64,000 nt of DNA from Eledone cirrhosa (lineage: Eukaryota), in the NCBI GenBank assembly GCA_964016885.1, contig OZ024741.1, positions 75,950,001 to 76,014,000 on the forward strand, written 5' to 3'. Position numbers and translations under genes: made by a program. The notes beneath the pieces are model-generated. The model saw only the letters and a list, made by a program, of their open reading frames with translations, did no database searches and was not told where the DNA came from. This document shows, piece after piece, positions 62,456 to 64,000 of the stretch (positions within the stretch are counted from its first letter, which is position 1; the number at the start of each line of letters is the position of its first letter).

Positions 62456-62543
62456 GTATGAATTGAAGTTGTAGCTGCCATATAGCAGGTACTAATCGAG
62501 TTAAAAAATGCATATATATTCTTTCCAATATATTTTTTTATAA

Positions 62544-63815
62544 TCTCTCTATATATAAAATTCTTGTCTGTCTGTCTTTTCCTTATGCATTCTCAAACGG
62601 CTCAACCAAATCAAATCAAATTTTACAAGGTTTAGTCACCGGGATTAACAACATGCAATTTTTATTTTCATTTGGATTAAAACAATATCACATTTTATCT
62701 AAAATAATCAACTATAGTCAATGGACATTTTATACCACTGCTACACCAACGACGTCACATTTTGTATATGAGTGGGTATGTGTCTGTCAGTGTGTGTGTG
62801 TTTGTGCGTTCGTTAGGTACGTTAATATTTAATCAGATACACAGGGAATTAAACACACGCATCTACACATACATATACATATGTGTTGACTGATAAGTAT
62901 ATGTGTATGAGTGTATGTGAGAGTGTATGTGTGTGTGTGTGTGAGTATACATACATTTCTGTGACGAATGACATAACGAACACACACACACACACACATC
63001 TAAAGAGAGACATAGAGGGAGAGGCAGAGAGAGAGAGAGAGCTAGGGTGTTATACAGAGAGAGATACAATGTGTTAGATATTCATAGAGATGGAAAGAGA
63101 GAGAGTAATGTCCCACAAAAGTGTAGAATAGGCTTAAACTGTAGATCAAAGTATCAGTTCAATGTTTAACAATATTGCGTTAGTTTTTATAAAGTCGTTT
63201 TACACTAGTCTTTGATTTTACAGAACACAGAAAAAAATTGATACTATTTGAAATTAATCTATGGTGTATGTTAATTTAGCTTTTTGAGGATAGTGTCATG
63301 TTATTATTGACCTAATTCAGATGAGAAAGACAGTCGCAACTTTCTGTTTCCTGAGACTGGAAACAGAAAGATTAAGGCAAGAAGAAAGACTATCACAACA
63401 AACAGAGGTTCAATATGAAAATCACCAAGAGGCAATAACAGTTGCGATGCAAATTTGACGAGCACAAAGGACTCTTCGAGGCAGAATAAACTGGCTAAGA
63501 GCTAAGTTTTCATATGATCCATTGAAGAATTATAGAAATGATCCTAAAGTCGCGATTGGTAGCATGGATATTACACTTGGCATGTGTTGCTTAGGAGGAA
63601 AGGTCAGACTTCCAGCTGTTATCCATATACTGCTTACAGGCCATACTAACGAAGCTAAACACTTCAGAAGCAATGTTATACGGTATATTGCTGCATACTT
63701 CGGAGGCTGAAAAAGATCATCTTGACTATGGTTATTTCACAACATTTAAAATCAAAGGCCAATGCTACTATTTAATTGGCAATTTACTCCCCCAGCCTAA
63801 TAAGAAAGTTTTATG

Positions 63816-63888
<73 letters not shown>

Positions 63889-64000
63889 TATATTACAGTC
63901 TCACCTCATACTGTAAACCAGACAACACATCCAATAATACAGTCGTTTTCTCTTTTATCTGTCTTCTCTTAACTGTTCTCCTGGGCGAAGCCAGGTACCT
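62544..64000 (+). mobile_element. Internally deleted Helitron with RepHel N-terminal remnants
   Basis: TCTCTCTATATATAAAA + (TGTC)n start; MCCLGGKVRLP, AKHFRSN, TFKIKGQCYY; terminal hairpin CCTGGGCGAAGCCAGG at the window end. Confidence 0.8.

Overview
AT-rich, microsatellite-dense animal genomic DNA. The repeat content (RTE LINEs with (GAT)n tails, Meta-core-like tRNA SINEs, long (TA)n tracts) is most compatible with an octopod cephalopod, which is an inference. No host protein-coding gene could be supported; the window is nested transposon debris. It holds RTE, CR1-like and R4/Dong-like LINEs, two Penelope-like elements, a compact 4.07-kb Ty3/Gypsy element with both LTRs, autonomous-derived and non-autonomous Helitrons, Tc1 and hAT remnants, and a degenerate tRNA-Arg(CCG). 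Three things stand out. (1) Two non-coding repeat families (523-bp and 688-bp monomers) carry type I hammerhead ribozyme motifs; one forms a tandem-plus-inverted four-ribozyme array and shows compensatory stem changes between copies (retrozyme / non-autonomous Penelope-like system). (2) An 8.76-kb, 584-unit 15-bp satellite grew out of five codons (TTTPE) of a LINE endonuclease, and its common variants are synonymous. (3) There are several perfect palindromes or inverted duplications that look like template-switch products. All coordinates and alignments were read by eye.
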